A stretch of 20,000 bases of DNA from an uncultured virus (IMG/VR IMGVR_UViG_3300006204_000270). Lineage: Duplodnaviria > Heunggongvirae > Uroviricota > Caudoviricetes. Below are positions 7,693-14,493 of this stretch, piece after piece. The notes below the pieces were generated by a model. It did not search any database and was not told the DNA's origin. It saw nothing but the letters and a program-made list of their open reading frames with translations. The position numbers were made by a program, and so were the translations under genes. The DNA is taken from the IMG/VR virus record IMGVR_UViG_3300006204_000270; one strand, written 5' to 3'. Position 1 is the first letter of the stretch. Each line of letters begins with the position of its first letter.

Positions 7693-8486
7693 ACCTGCTG
7701 CGCCCCTTTCTCCCACGGCAGCTCCCGACGCATATTCACCTTGCCGACGATGGGCTTGAGGCTGTCTTTCATAAAGACCGACGCGCTGGTGAGGTCTGCC
7801 GCCTCGCAGATATTGTCCACCCACGCTTTCTCCGGGGTGATCTTCCCGGCCCGGTTCCCCGTCTCCGCCCCGATGATGATAAGGCGGTCGCCGCCGAAAC
7901 TGCCGAGGCCCACGTCCAAGTATTCGTGCAGGGGTTCTATGCTCAAAAACGTGTTGAGGCTGATTGTCCCGTTAAATCTCTGGCTGCTCTTGCTGGTGAT
8001 CGTGCTGCCATACCAGAAATTGTTCCGGCGGGGGAGGAGGGCCAGCCTGTCAAGCTGGGCATACCTCTGTGGGTTCTTGGTGAGGAACATATATCGGTGC
8101 TGCGGGGCCGCCTCGCAAGCGTCCAGCACCTCCACTATCCATCGGGTCGGCACCCACGGGCCGAAAAGGTCGGCCATACTGCACACGAAAATGGTCTGCG
8201 GCTCCCGGCGGTGCTGCGGTTCGTCCAGCCTATAGCGGTGGAGTGTCGGCTCAAAGCCAAAGGGGAACGGGGAGTTGACCGTTTTCCCGTTCTGCCGTGT
8301 GATGGTGAGGGGCTGGTGAAGTTCGGCGCGGGGGAGCGGGTTGTGCGTCGTGACGCTCCCGTCGCTGCTGTCGTAGCCTCCAAACCGGGCGGCAATCCGC
8401 CGGGCGTAGCAATACTCGCACCCATGCTTGCAACCCGTGACCGGGTTCCATGTGCTGTCGCACCATTCGATGTTGCTTTTCTGCAT
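7689..8486 (-). CDS. DUF5131 / phage Gp37-Gp68 family protein (radical-SAM-like three-Cys motif)
   Basis: SNIEWCDSTWNPVTGCKHGCEYCYA, IFVCSMADLF, FLTKNP, FLSIEPL, IIGAETG, VFMK; start ATG 8486 (or 8492). Confidence 0.9.
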   Translation of the reverse strand: MQKSNIEWCDSTWNPVTGCKHGCEYCYARRIAARFGGYDSSDGSVTTHNPLPRAELHQPLTITRQNGKTVNSPFPFGFEPTLHRYRLDEPQHRREPQTIFVCSMADLFGPWVPTRWIVEVLDACEAAPQHRYMFLTKNPQRYAQLDRLALLPRRNNFWYGSTITSKSSQRFNGTISLNTFLSIEPLHEYLDVGLGSFGGDRLIIIGAETGNRAGKITPEKAWVDNICEAADLTSASVFMKDSLKPIVGKVNMRRELPWEKGAQQV

Positions 8487-8488
8487 TG

Positions 8489-8977
8489 TCATGGCTCCTT
8501 TCTGCTCTGCGGTTTCATAAAGCAGAGCCAATGTGTGCTGTTGTTCTTCCCACTCCTGTTTCCGAATAGGGGCGGATAGGGGGAGAGGGGAAGTATCTCC
8601 CGCAAAGGCACCTGTATCTCCGACCACTTGAAAATCAGTACCCCGTCGTCGTCCAGAACTCGAAAGCACTCCTCAAACCCCTTTCGGAGCATTTCTTTCC
8701 AGTCTCCCTTGAGTACGCCATATTTCATAGCAGTCCACGAGCTTTCTCCTGCCCGCTTGAGGTGCGGCGGGTCAAAGACGGCTAATTTGTAAGCGCCGTC
8801 CGGGAACGGGAGCGCGGTAAAGTCGCATACCGTGTCTGGCGAAATCTCGATGTATCGCCCCGGATAATACTCCTGGCGTTCTATCGCCCGCTTGTCGCAA
8901 AATTCCACGTCCGGGTTGTCTTTGTCAAACCAGAACATTTTGCTGCCGCAAGCTACGTCTATCACCCGCTTTTCCAC
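8489..8977 (-). CDS. Small class I SAM-dependent (amino-type DNA) methyltransferase
   Basis: Motif I IDVACGSKMFWF, motif IV-like FDPPHL, ECFRVL..GVLIFKW; GTG start with RBS AAGGAGG. Confidence 0.85.
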   Translation of the reverse strand: MEKRVIDVACGSKMFWFDKDNPDVEFCDKRAIERQEYYPGRYIEISPDTVCDFTALPFPDGAYKLAVFDPPHLKRAGESSWTAMKYGVLKGDWKEMLRKGFEECFRVLDDDGVLIFKWSEIQVPLREILPLSPYPPLFGNRSGKNNSTHWLCFMKPQSRKEP

Positions 8978-8993
8978 TCTTTCCCCTCCTTTC

Positions 8994-9017
8994 TCCCCGG
9001 AGCTTTCGCTCCGGGGA
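8994..9017 (-). repeat. Perfect 10-bp GC-rich hairpin with GAAA loop (DGR-type cruciform candidate)
   Basis: TCCCCGGAGC-GAAA-GCTCCGGGGA, 16 nt downstream of the 9034 stop, no U-tract. Confidence 0.85.
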
Positions 9018-9033
9018 TTTTCTCGATTTTCGA

Positions 9034-9855
9034 TTAGATGTCAAAGCCCGGCGCGAACCCATCCGAGAAGTTGGCGTGGCTGTAGCTGCGGCTGCCGCCG
9101 GTACCGACGAGCCTGAAAATGCTCGTGCTCGTCGCATTGACGGAGCGGAGCCAGTAGGGATACGTCCCATTGTCCCCGCACTCTTTCACCCGGTCGCGCT
9201 CCCGCTTGAAGATTTCGAGCTGGAAACTGTCGTCGATGTCTTTCCAGTAGCCCTCCTCCGAGGGGCCGAACATATCGGTGGCAGAGGGGAGCCAGAGGAG
9301 GTCTGCGTACTCCACCGTTTCGCCGTCGATGATTTCCGCCATCTGGCGCGGCTTGAAGATGGCCCGCCACTCCTGCGCGATATGGGGCAGAATGTCCACG
9401 AGGACGTGCGCCCGGCCTTTGCTTTTGAAATAGCCGCCCTTGTTGGTGGCCTCGTCGTTCATCACAGCCTCGTCCCAGCAGTCTTTGAACACAAACCGGG
9501 CCGCGCAACTGTCGCTGTAGCCACAAACCGCCGTAACGGTTCCACCCGTGTCGAGCGGAATGTCGATTTCATCGAAAGGCTTGATAACCCCGTCCAAGCG
9601 GCCCTCCTTGATGGCCGCTCTCAGCGTCTCCGGGGTGACTTTGCAGGGGAGAACGCGCCGGGCGTTCATGGTGCCGTCCGGCTCCGGGCGCTGCTGCGTC
9701 CGCATTTCACGTCGCCACCGCTGGGCGGCCAGAATGTCCTCTCCAATTTTGTGCTTGAGGTAGTCGGTAAATGCCGCCCTCTCCTGTGCGATAACCTCCG
9801 CGCCGCCATTGACCATAAACTCGATTGCCCCAACCTTGATTTTCACCTGTGCCAT
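9034..9855 (-). CDS. DUF6273-like protein with C-terminal C-type-lectin-like variable region (probable DGR target)
   Basis: LWLPSATDMFG, QLEIFK, YWLRS...F..V...G......A....GFAPGF C-terminal signature; RBS AGGAGG. Confidence 0.75.
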   Translation of the reverse strand: MAQVKIKVGAIEFMVNGGAEVIAQERAAFTDYLKHKIGEDILAAQRWRREMRTQQRPEPDGTMNARRVLPCKVTPETLRAAIKEGRLDGVIKPFDEIDIPLDTGGTVTAVCGYSDSCAARFVFKDCWDEAVMNDEATNKGGYFKSKGRAHVLVDILPHIAQEWRAIFKPRQMAEIIDGETVEYADLLWLPSATDMFGPSEEGYWKDIDDSFQLEIFKRERDRVKECGDNGTYPYWLRSVNATSTSIFRLVGTGGSRSYSHANFSDGFAPGFDI

Positions 9856-9870
9856 TGCCTTTTCCTCCTG

Positions 9871-10083
9871 TTATTTGTATTCTTTTCCTGTGTCTTTGTC
9901 TCTCAATGTAATCCGGCCTACAACCTCAAATCCGGCCAGTTCCGCCGTCTGTTTCAGAACCGGGATAAGCCTGCCTATCACCGCGAGGCGTTCCGCCTCC
10001 TGCTGCTGGCGCTGCTCCCTCTGCATATTGTTGTAAGCCGTCCCCGCTGTCGGGTCTGGGTAGCCCTCCGAGTTTTTATACAT
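9871..10083 (-). CDS. Hypothetical phage protein
   Basis: MYKNSEGYPDPTAG...AGFEVVGRITLRDKDTGKEY, a recurrent Clostridial phage ORF type; RBS GAGGAGG before ATG 10083. Confidence 0.8.
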   Translation of the reverse strand: MYKNSEGYPDPTAGTAYNNMQREQRQQQEAERLAVIGRLIPVLKQTAELAGFEVVGRITLRDKDTGKEYK

Positions 10084-10094
10084 GGCCGTCCTCC

Positions 10095-10772
10095 TCAAGT
10101 CGCAGGCTGCAATGCTCCCTGCGCCGCGTCCGTTCCGGCCTCTTTCGGCGTGGCCGCCAGCCGCTCCGCGAGCCTGTCCAGCTTGTAGTCGGTTTCTTTC
10201 TGGATTTCCCTGTCCTTATCGAAAATGATAAGGAGCTGGGCCAGCATGATAATCACGTCCGCGATCTCCTCGATGATGTTGGCGTGGGCCTGCGCCCGTG
10301 AGCCTTGCCCAAACCCGCAGCGCCGTTCTTTACAGAGGGCCTTTGTCAGCTCGCTCATTTCCTCGATTGCCATATCCACCTGCGCATGGGTGCCGTAGGC
10401 GGCGACGGCCTCTTGCAGCACCTCCGGGCGCTTGATGGCTGGGAGGCCGCTCTCCTCATGCTGTTTCAGCCAACCGCGCACCTCCGCCATTCCCCAGAGG
10501 GCCATGTAGAGCGTCGCAAAAACGCCGTCGAGGTCGTCCGTGCCGTATTGCAGGTCGTCCATGAGGGTGTCGTTCAACTCTTGGTCGCTCAGCCCGGAAA
10601 TGCGCTCCGGGTCGCCGTGCTTGCCGATGATCTCCCGCATGAGGTTGAGGGCAGAGATTTCCCGCTCGAAATCCCTGTACCACGCCTCTTTGTCCTTGAT
10701 GAATACGAAGTTGTGGGCCAGCTCCCACATACCCATGTCGCTGGTATCCTCGCAAATCTTTCTCAGCTCCAT
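10095..10772 (-). CDS. Two-domain protein with C-terminal MazG-like nucleotide pyrophosphohydrolase
   Basis: YG..AQVDMAIEEMSELTKAL...NIIEEIADVIIMLAQL (EExxE / EExxD); unknown acidic N-terminal domain. Confidence 0.75.
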   Translation of the reverse strand: MELRKICEDTSDMGMWELAHNFVFIKDKEAWYRDFEREISALNLMREIIGKHGDPERISGLSDQELNDTLMDDLQYGTDDLDGVFATLYMALWGMAEVRGWLKQHEESGLPAIKRPEVLQEAVAAYGTHAQVDMAIEEMSELTKALCKERRCGFGQGSRAQAHANIIEEIADVIIMLAQLLIIFDKDREIQKETDYKLDRLAERLAATPKEAGTDAAQGALQPAT

Positions 10773-10782
10773 AGCTGCCTCC

Positions 10783-11688
10783 TTAGTCCGAAATGGTGAC
10801 GTAGGTGTCCCCGCGCCTGTTCAGCGTCAAGTCTACCGGGCTGCCGCAGTTCAGGCACGGCCACTCGAATGTGCCGTCCGTGACGTTCGTCCTGTAGTTG
10901 AACGTGCTGCCGCATTTGCACTTGAGGTGGAGCGGCTTGAGGTCGTGCAGCTCCGTCGTGTGGCCGCATTTGCAGGTATTCCGGGTGATGGGGGTCTTGG
11001 CACAAAACGCTCTGATTTCCCCGCACTGCTCGCACCTGATAATCAGAAAGCCCTTGTAGGCCTCCGGCTCTCGCTGCGGCTCCGGCTTTTTCGGCTCTAC
11101 CGTTTTGCTGGCCTTGAAATCCCCGAACATACGCTCCACACGGCTCTGCGGCCTCCCTTTAGCCTGCGGCGCTTTGGGCGGCTCCTGCGCTACGGGAGGG
11201 GCCTCCTGCGCCACTTTGGGCGCTGCCGTCTCCTGCCCGGCGGCATACTGGAAAGCCCTCTGTATGAGGTCTGTCGCCCGCTCCGGCGGCATATCGAATT
11301 TCATTTCCCCGAACGGGGTCGCCAATGTTATCTGCATATCGTTTCCTCCTGTCCTGTGTATTCCGAGGCTCTTTGTGAGGGCCTTTTCGATGTTGTGCAT
11401 TTCCTCCGCCGTGACGCTCCCGATGTGCCGTTGGAGCCTGCTCTTGCATACCGTGACGATCTGCTCGCAGAGGGCGATTGACGGCTTTTCTGCCGAGCCG
11501 ATATAGACGTGTGTGGGGAGGCTCGCTTTCTTTCTGGTGGTGAGGTAGACCAACTCGACGATAGGGGCGTGTCTGTTCCCCAAGTCGTTGCTGACTATGA
11601 CCGCCGGGCGGTCTGCGTTCTGCTCGCTGCCCGTCGCCATTCCGCCGACAACATAGAAGATGTCGCCGCGCTTTACGTTCGCTGCCGT
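10783..11688 (-). CDS. MazF/PemK-like domain fused to multi-zinc-ribbon domain
   Basis: KRGDIFYV...GSEQNADRPAVIVSND...LTT...SIALCEQIVTV..SRL PemK motifs; C-terminal CEQC, CKC, CKC, CLNC; RBS-appropriate codon at 11688 is ACG, first ATG at 11640. Confidence 0.8.
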   Translation of the reverse strand, partial: TAANVKRGDIFYVVGGMATGSEQNADRPAVIVSNDLGNRHAPIVELVYLTTRKKASLPTHVYIGSAEKPSIALCEQIVTVCKSRLQRHIGSVTAEEMHNIEKALTKSLGIHRTGGNDMQITLATPFGEMKFDMPPERATDLIQRAFQYAAGQETAAPKVAQEAPPVAQEPPKAPQAKGRPQSRVERMFGDFKASKTVEPKKPEPQREPEAYKGFLIIRCEQCGEIRAFCAKTPITRNTCKCGHTTELHDLKPLHLKCKCGSTFNYRTNVTDGTFEWPCLNCGSPVDLTLNRRGDTYVTISD

Positions 11689-11703
11689 TCCTGTTCCCTC
11701 CTT

Positions 11704-11880
11704 TCACTGTCGCCACGGCCACCCGATTACCATTGAGAGGTTGTAGATGTACTGGCCGCACCTCACGCAGATGTCGTGCTTGCCCCAAAAGCCCTGTTTC
11801 TTCATTCCCCGGACGCTCCCGGTGTAGTGGATAGAGGGGTGGCGGGCTTTCTCCGCCTGTGAAAGTCTCTCGTATCTCAT
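11704..11880 (-). CDS. Hypothetical 58-aa protein (absent from ORF track)
   Basis: ATG 11880 overlaps upstream stop, RBS GGAGG: MRYERLSQAEKARHPSIHYTGSVRGMKKQGFWGKHDICVRCGQYIYNLSMVIGWPWRQ. Confidence 0.7.
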   Translation of the reverse strand: MRYERLSQAEKARHPSIHYTGSVRGMKKQGFWGKHDICVRCGQYIYNLSMVIGWPWRQ

Positions 11881-12203
11881 GCTGCGCTGTCCTCCGCCTC
11901 CTGCAAGGCCGCCGCCAGTTCTTGCAGCATTTTGTCGATGTCCTCCGCGTCGTGTACCAGCTCACGGATAGAGGGTACACCTTTTGCCCCGTTATGCCGG
12001 GCCATAACCCACATTTCGATGTGTTCGTCCGGGTCGAAGTCTGCCGCGTATTTTTTGACATTCTCCACGAAGTTCTCCGCGTCAACGGCAACGATGAAGT
12101 CCTCCCCGGCGGGGGAATATTTCTCAAGCTCCACGGTGCCGTCGTCGAATACCGTGACGCTCCAATCCCGGTTTTCGCAAACCTCCCTGTACCGCTCGTT
12201 CAC
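11877..12203 (-). CDS. Hypothetical phage protein
   Basis: GTG 12203 (GTGA overlap, RBS GAGGAGG); VELEKYSPAGEDF...FDPDEH...GVPSIRELVHDAEDI. Confidence 0.75.
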   Translation of the reverse strand: MNERYREVCENRDWSVTVFDDGTVELEKYSPAGEDFIVAVDAENFVENVKKYAADFDPDEHIEMWVMARHNGAKGVPSIRELVHDAEDIDKMLQELAAALQEAEDSAA

Positions 12204-12400
12204 TCCTGTTCCTCCTCTCTGTCGAATAGGCTGCACTGATTTTTTGCCTCCTCCTTTGCCCGTGCCTCCTGCCGCATTTTCCGCAGGCAGCAGCTCCCGT
12301 AGCCGTCCTTGATGGCCTGTTCGCTGGTAAGGAGGCCGCCGCAACGCTTGCAGCGCCGGGCTGGTATGGTGAATACCCCGCTGTCCTGCTGCTTGTTCAT
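12200..12400 (-). CDS. DUF6011-like small zinc-finger protein
   Basis: RCKRCGGLLTSEQAIKDGYGSCC; start reassigned to ATG 12400. Confidence 0.75.
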   Translation of the reverse strand: MNKQQDSGVFTIPARRCKRCGGLLTSEQAIKDGYGSCCLRKMRQEARAKEEAKNQCSLFDREEEQE

Positions 12401-12410
12401 GGTCGCCCCC

Positions 12411-12761
12411 TTAATCCGGCAGGCCGATGTTGACGATGATGGCCTTTGTCCACGGGAGCGCGTCGTAAATCTTCCGGCACTCCTCCTCGCTCTCCGGCAG
12501 CGCGTCAAACTCCTCTCCGGGGAGAACTTTCTCCAAGGTGTCAAATACGTCGTCGTCGCTCTTGAAGATTACGGGTTCGTAGTCCTGCGGGGGAATGAGG
12601 TATTCGTCCGTGCAGGAGACGCCCCAGCTCCCCATCCATGTCCCAAAATCGTCTCCGGCGACGATTTCTCCGTCCACGAACGGTATAACAGGCAGCTCCG
12701 GGTTTTCCTGCATGAGCTTGAATAAGTAGTCGCGGCTTTCCCGCTCTCTATCGGAAATCAT
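12411..12761 (-). CDS. Hypothetical acidic phage protein
   Basis: ATG 12761 overlaps loader stop (ATGA); ENPELPVIPFVDGE...LPWTKAIIVNI. Confidence 0.75.
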   Translation of the reverse strand: MISDRERESRDYLFKLMQENPELPVIPFVDGEIVAGDDFGTWMGSWGVSCTDEYLIPPQDYEPVIFKSDDDVFDTLEKVLPGEEFDALPESEEECRKIYDALPWTKAIIVNIGLPD

Positions 12762-13720
12762 TCCTGCGTCTCCTCTCTGCCTCTGATGTCGGCCCATGCC
12801 ATCGTCATAACCGTGCTTGTCTCCCGGAGGCGGCTGATGATCGCCACGATTTTGGTGTCGTCAAAGCCTCTTGGGGTGAGCGCACGGGCGAGGTTGTCCG
12901 CGTTGTAATTGGTGGTGACGATGGTCGGTTTCATGTCCTCGTAGCGGTCGTTGAGAATGGAGTAGAGCGTACTCATGCTCCAATCGCTGCACTGCTCCTT
13001 GCCGAGGTCGTCGATGATAAGCAGGTCAACCCGCTTGTAGATGTCCAGCACCTCGCTCTCCCGCGCTCCCTCGCCGTCGAAAGACTTCTTGATGTCGAGG
13101 AGCAGGTCGCTTGAGGTCTTGCATATCACGGGAATGCCCTCGTTGATAAGCTGCAAGGCTATGGCCGCCGCGAGGTGTGTCTTGCCTGTGCCGTTCGTCC
13201 CCTCTATGTAGAGGCCGTCGCCTCTGGCCCGGTGGAGCGCGAAATTGTCCGCATACTCTTTGGCAATCCTGTAGTTTTTTGCCCGCCCCGGCGTGTCGGT
13301 GCGGAAGTTCGGGAATGTCCGCTGCTGAAAGCGTCGTTTGATACCGCTCTGGCCGAGGAGGCGCTGGATTTTCCTTTGCATGGCCGCCCGGCGCTTTTCC
13401 TCCTCCTCGGCGGCCTTGCGCTCCGCCTCCTGCCTGTCGTACTCCCGCCAATGTGCCTGCGCCTGCTCGCAGTCACAACGCGGGGGGTCTGGCCGCCAGA
13501 TAAACACCTCTCCAAAGATGGGAACACCAAGCGGCTGCAACTCTTTCCCGCAGTATTCGCACGTCCACGGCTCCGGGGGCTGGTGTCGAAATCGTAGCCC
13601 CATCTCCTTTGCCTGCTGCGGCGTTACAAAGCCGCCGCTATCCCTTAAAGCCTCCCGACGGCTTGAAGTCTCCGGGGCCTGCTGGCCCAGAATGTCCCCT
13701 ATCCGCGTAAGCTCCGCCAT
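12758..13720 (-). CDS. DnaC/IstB-like AAA+ helicase loader
   Basis: Zn motif CEYC...CDC, Walker A GTNGTGKTHLA, Walker B LLIIDDLGKE, RYE..KPTIVTTN, SRL; start ATG 13720 (RBS GAGGAGG). Confidence 0.93.
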   Translation of the reverse strand: MAELTRIGDILGQQAPETSSRREALRDSGGFVTPQQAKEMGLRFRHQPPEPWTCEYCGKELQPLGVPIFGEVFIWRPDPPRCDCEQAQAHWREYDRQEAERKAAEEEEKRRAAMQRKIQRLLGQSGIKRRFQQRTFPNFRTDTPGRAKNYRIAKEYADNFALHRARGDGLYIEGTNGTGKTHLAAAIALQLINEGIPVICKTSSDLLLDIKKSFDGEGARESEVLDIYKRVDLLIIDDLGKEQCSDWSMSTLYSILNDRYEDMKPTIVTTNYNADNLARALTPRGFDDTKIVAIISRLRETSTVMTMAWADIRGREETQE

Positions 13721-14435
13721 GACTGCCGCCTCCTCTCTTTTCAAATTCTTCATTGACGCGCTCTATCGTCCAGTTTAGAATGGCCCGGTAGTCGCTCTTG
13801 TAGGTTTTTCCGCTCTGGCCCTTGTAGTTGTCGAGGATTTCTATGGCCCTCTTTGCCTTTTCCTCTCCCAATTCCGCCACGAGCTTTTCATACTCCTCCT
13901 CCGTCATGGTGACAAATTCGGCGTACTTAACTTTCGGCACCTCCGGCTTTTTGGGCCTGCCCCGTTTCCTTTTTGGCGGCTCCTCTGCGCCGTCCGCCGG
14001 AGGCGGGGGAGGGGTGGGCGGTTCCGGCGGGGCCGGGGGCCTTTCCGCCTCCGATGGCTCTGTGAATGGCCTTGTGGGGGCCGATACTGTCCTCTTGGAA
14101 TAAACGTCCTGTAGGTTGTCCACGAGGCTCTGGCACCAGATTACCTTGCGCTCCTCCCAAAGCTCTTTGTCGATGTTTCCGAGGTCCGCCAGCGTTGCCA
14201 GTATCTCGTCAATGGTGGCCTGCTCAAGTTTCATCAGGGCCGCAAGGTACTTTTCATTCGCCAGCGCGTTGCAGTCGTAATAGTGGCCCTCGCTCCGGCC
14301 CAGCAATTCGAGGAGCTTGAACCAAAAGGCATACCCGTCGTTCCCCCAGCTTTGCTCAAGGATAAATTTTGTCCGGCTGTCCGTGCTGACGAAATGGGGG
14401 AAATAGTCTACCGTCTGTTTCCTCGGTCGTCCCAA
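13638..14435 (-). CDS. Phage replication initiator (DUF4373/Lin1244-like N-terminal domain)
   Basis: MGRPRKQTVDYFPH...GNDGYAFWFKLLE; Pro-rich linker; C-terminal V.MTEEEYEKL...LDNYK..SGKTYKSDYRAILNW; upstream of loader; TTG start with RBS GGAGG. Confidence 0.85.
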   Translation of the reverse strand: MGRPRKQTVDYFPHFVSTDSRTKFILEQSWGNDGYAFWFKLLELLGRSEGHYYDCNALANEKYLAALMKLEQATIDEILATLADLGNIDKELWEERKVIWCQSLVDNLQDVYSKRTVSAPTRPFTEPSEAERPPAPPEPPTPPPPPADGAEEPPKRKRGRPKKPEVPKVKYAEFVTMTEEEYEKLVAELGEEKAKRAIEILDNYKGQSGKTYKSDYRAILNWTIERVNEEFEKRGGGSHGGAYADRGHSGPAGPGDFKPSGGFKG

Positions 14436-14454
14436 CAGCTACACCTCCATTTCC

Positions 14455-14488
14455 GGGCTTTTCCGGGGCATAAAGCCCCGGATTGCCC
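14455..14488. repeat. Intergenic inverted repeat between sbcCD fusion and initiator
   Basis: TCCGGGGC-ATAAA-GCCCCGGA (14462-14482) with outer GGGC/GCCC pairing; no U-tract on the coding strand. Confidence 0.65.
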
Positions 14489-14493
14489 TGTTT

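Noticed and set aside
8994..9017. Hairpin as intrinsic terminator
   Set aside because: No U-tract on the coding strand; followed directly by the next RBS
11704..11880. 58-aa ORF as MazE antitoxin
   Set aside because: Basic and aromatic, with no AbrB/RHH pattern or acidic tail; cannot be supported from sequence
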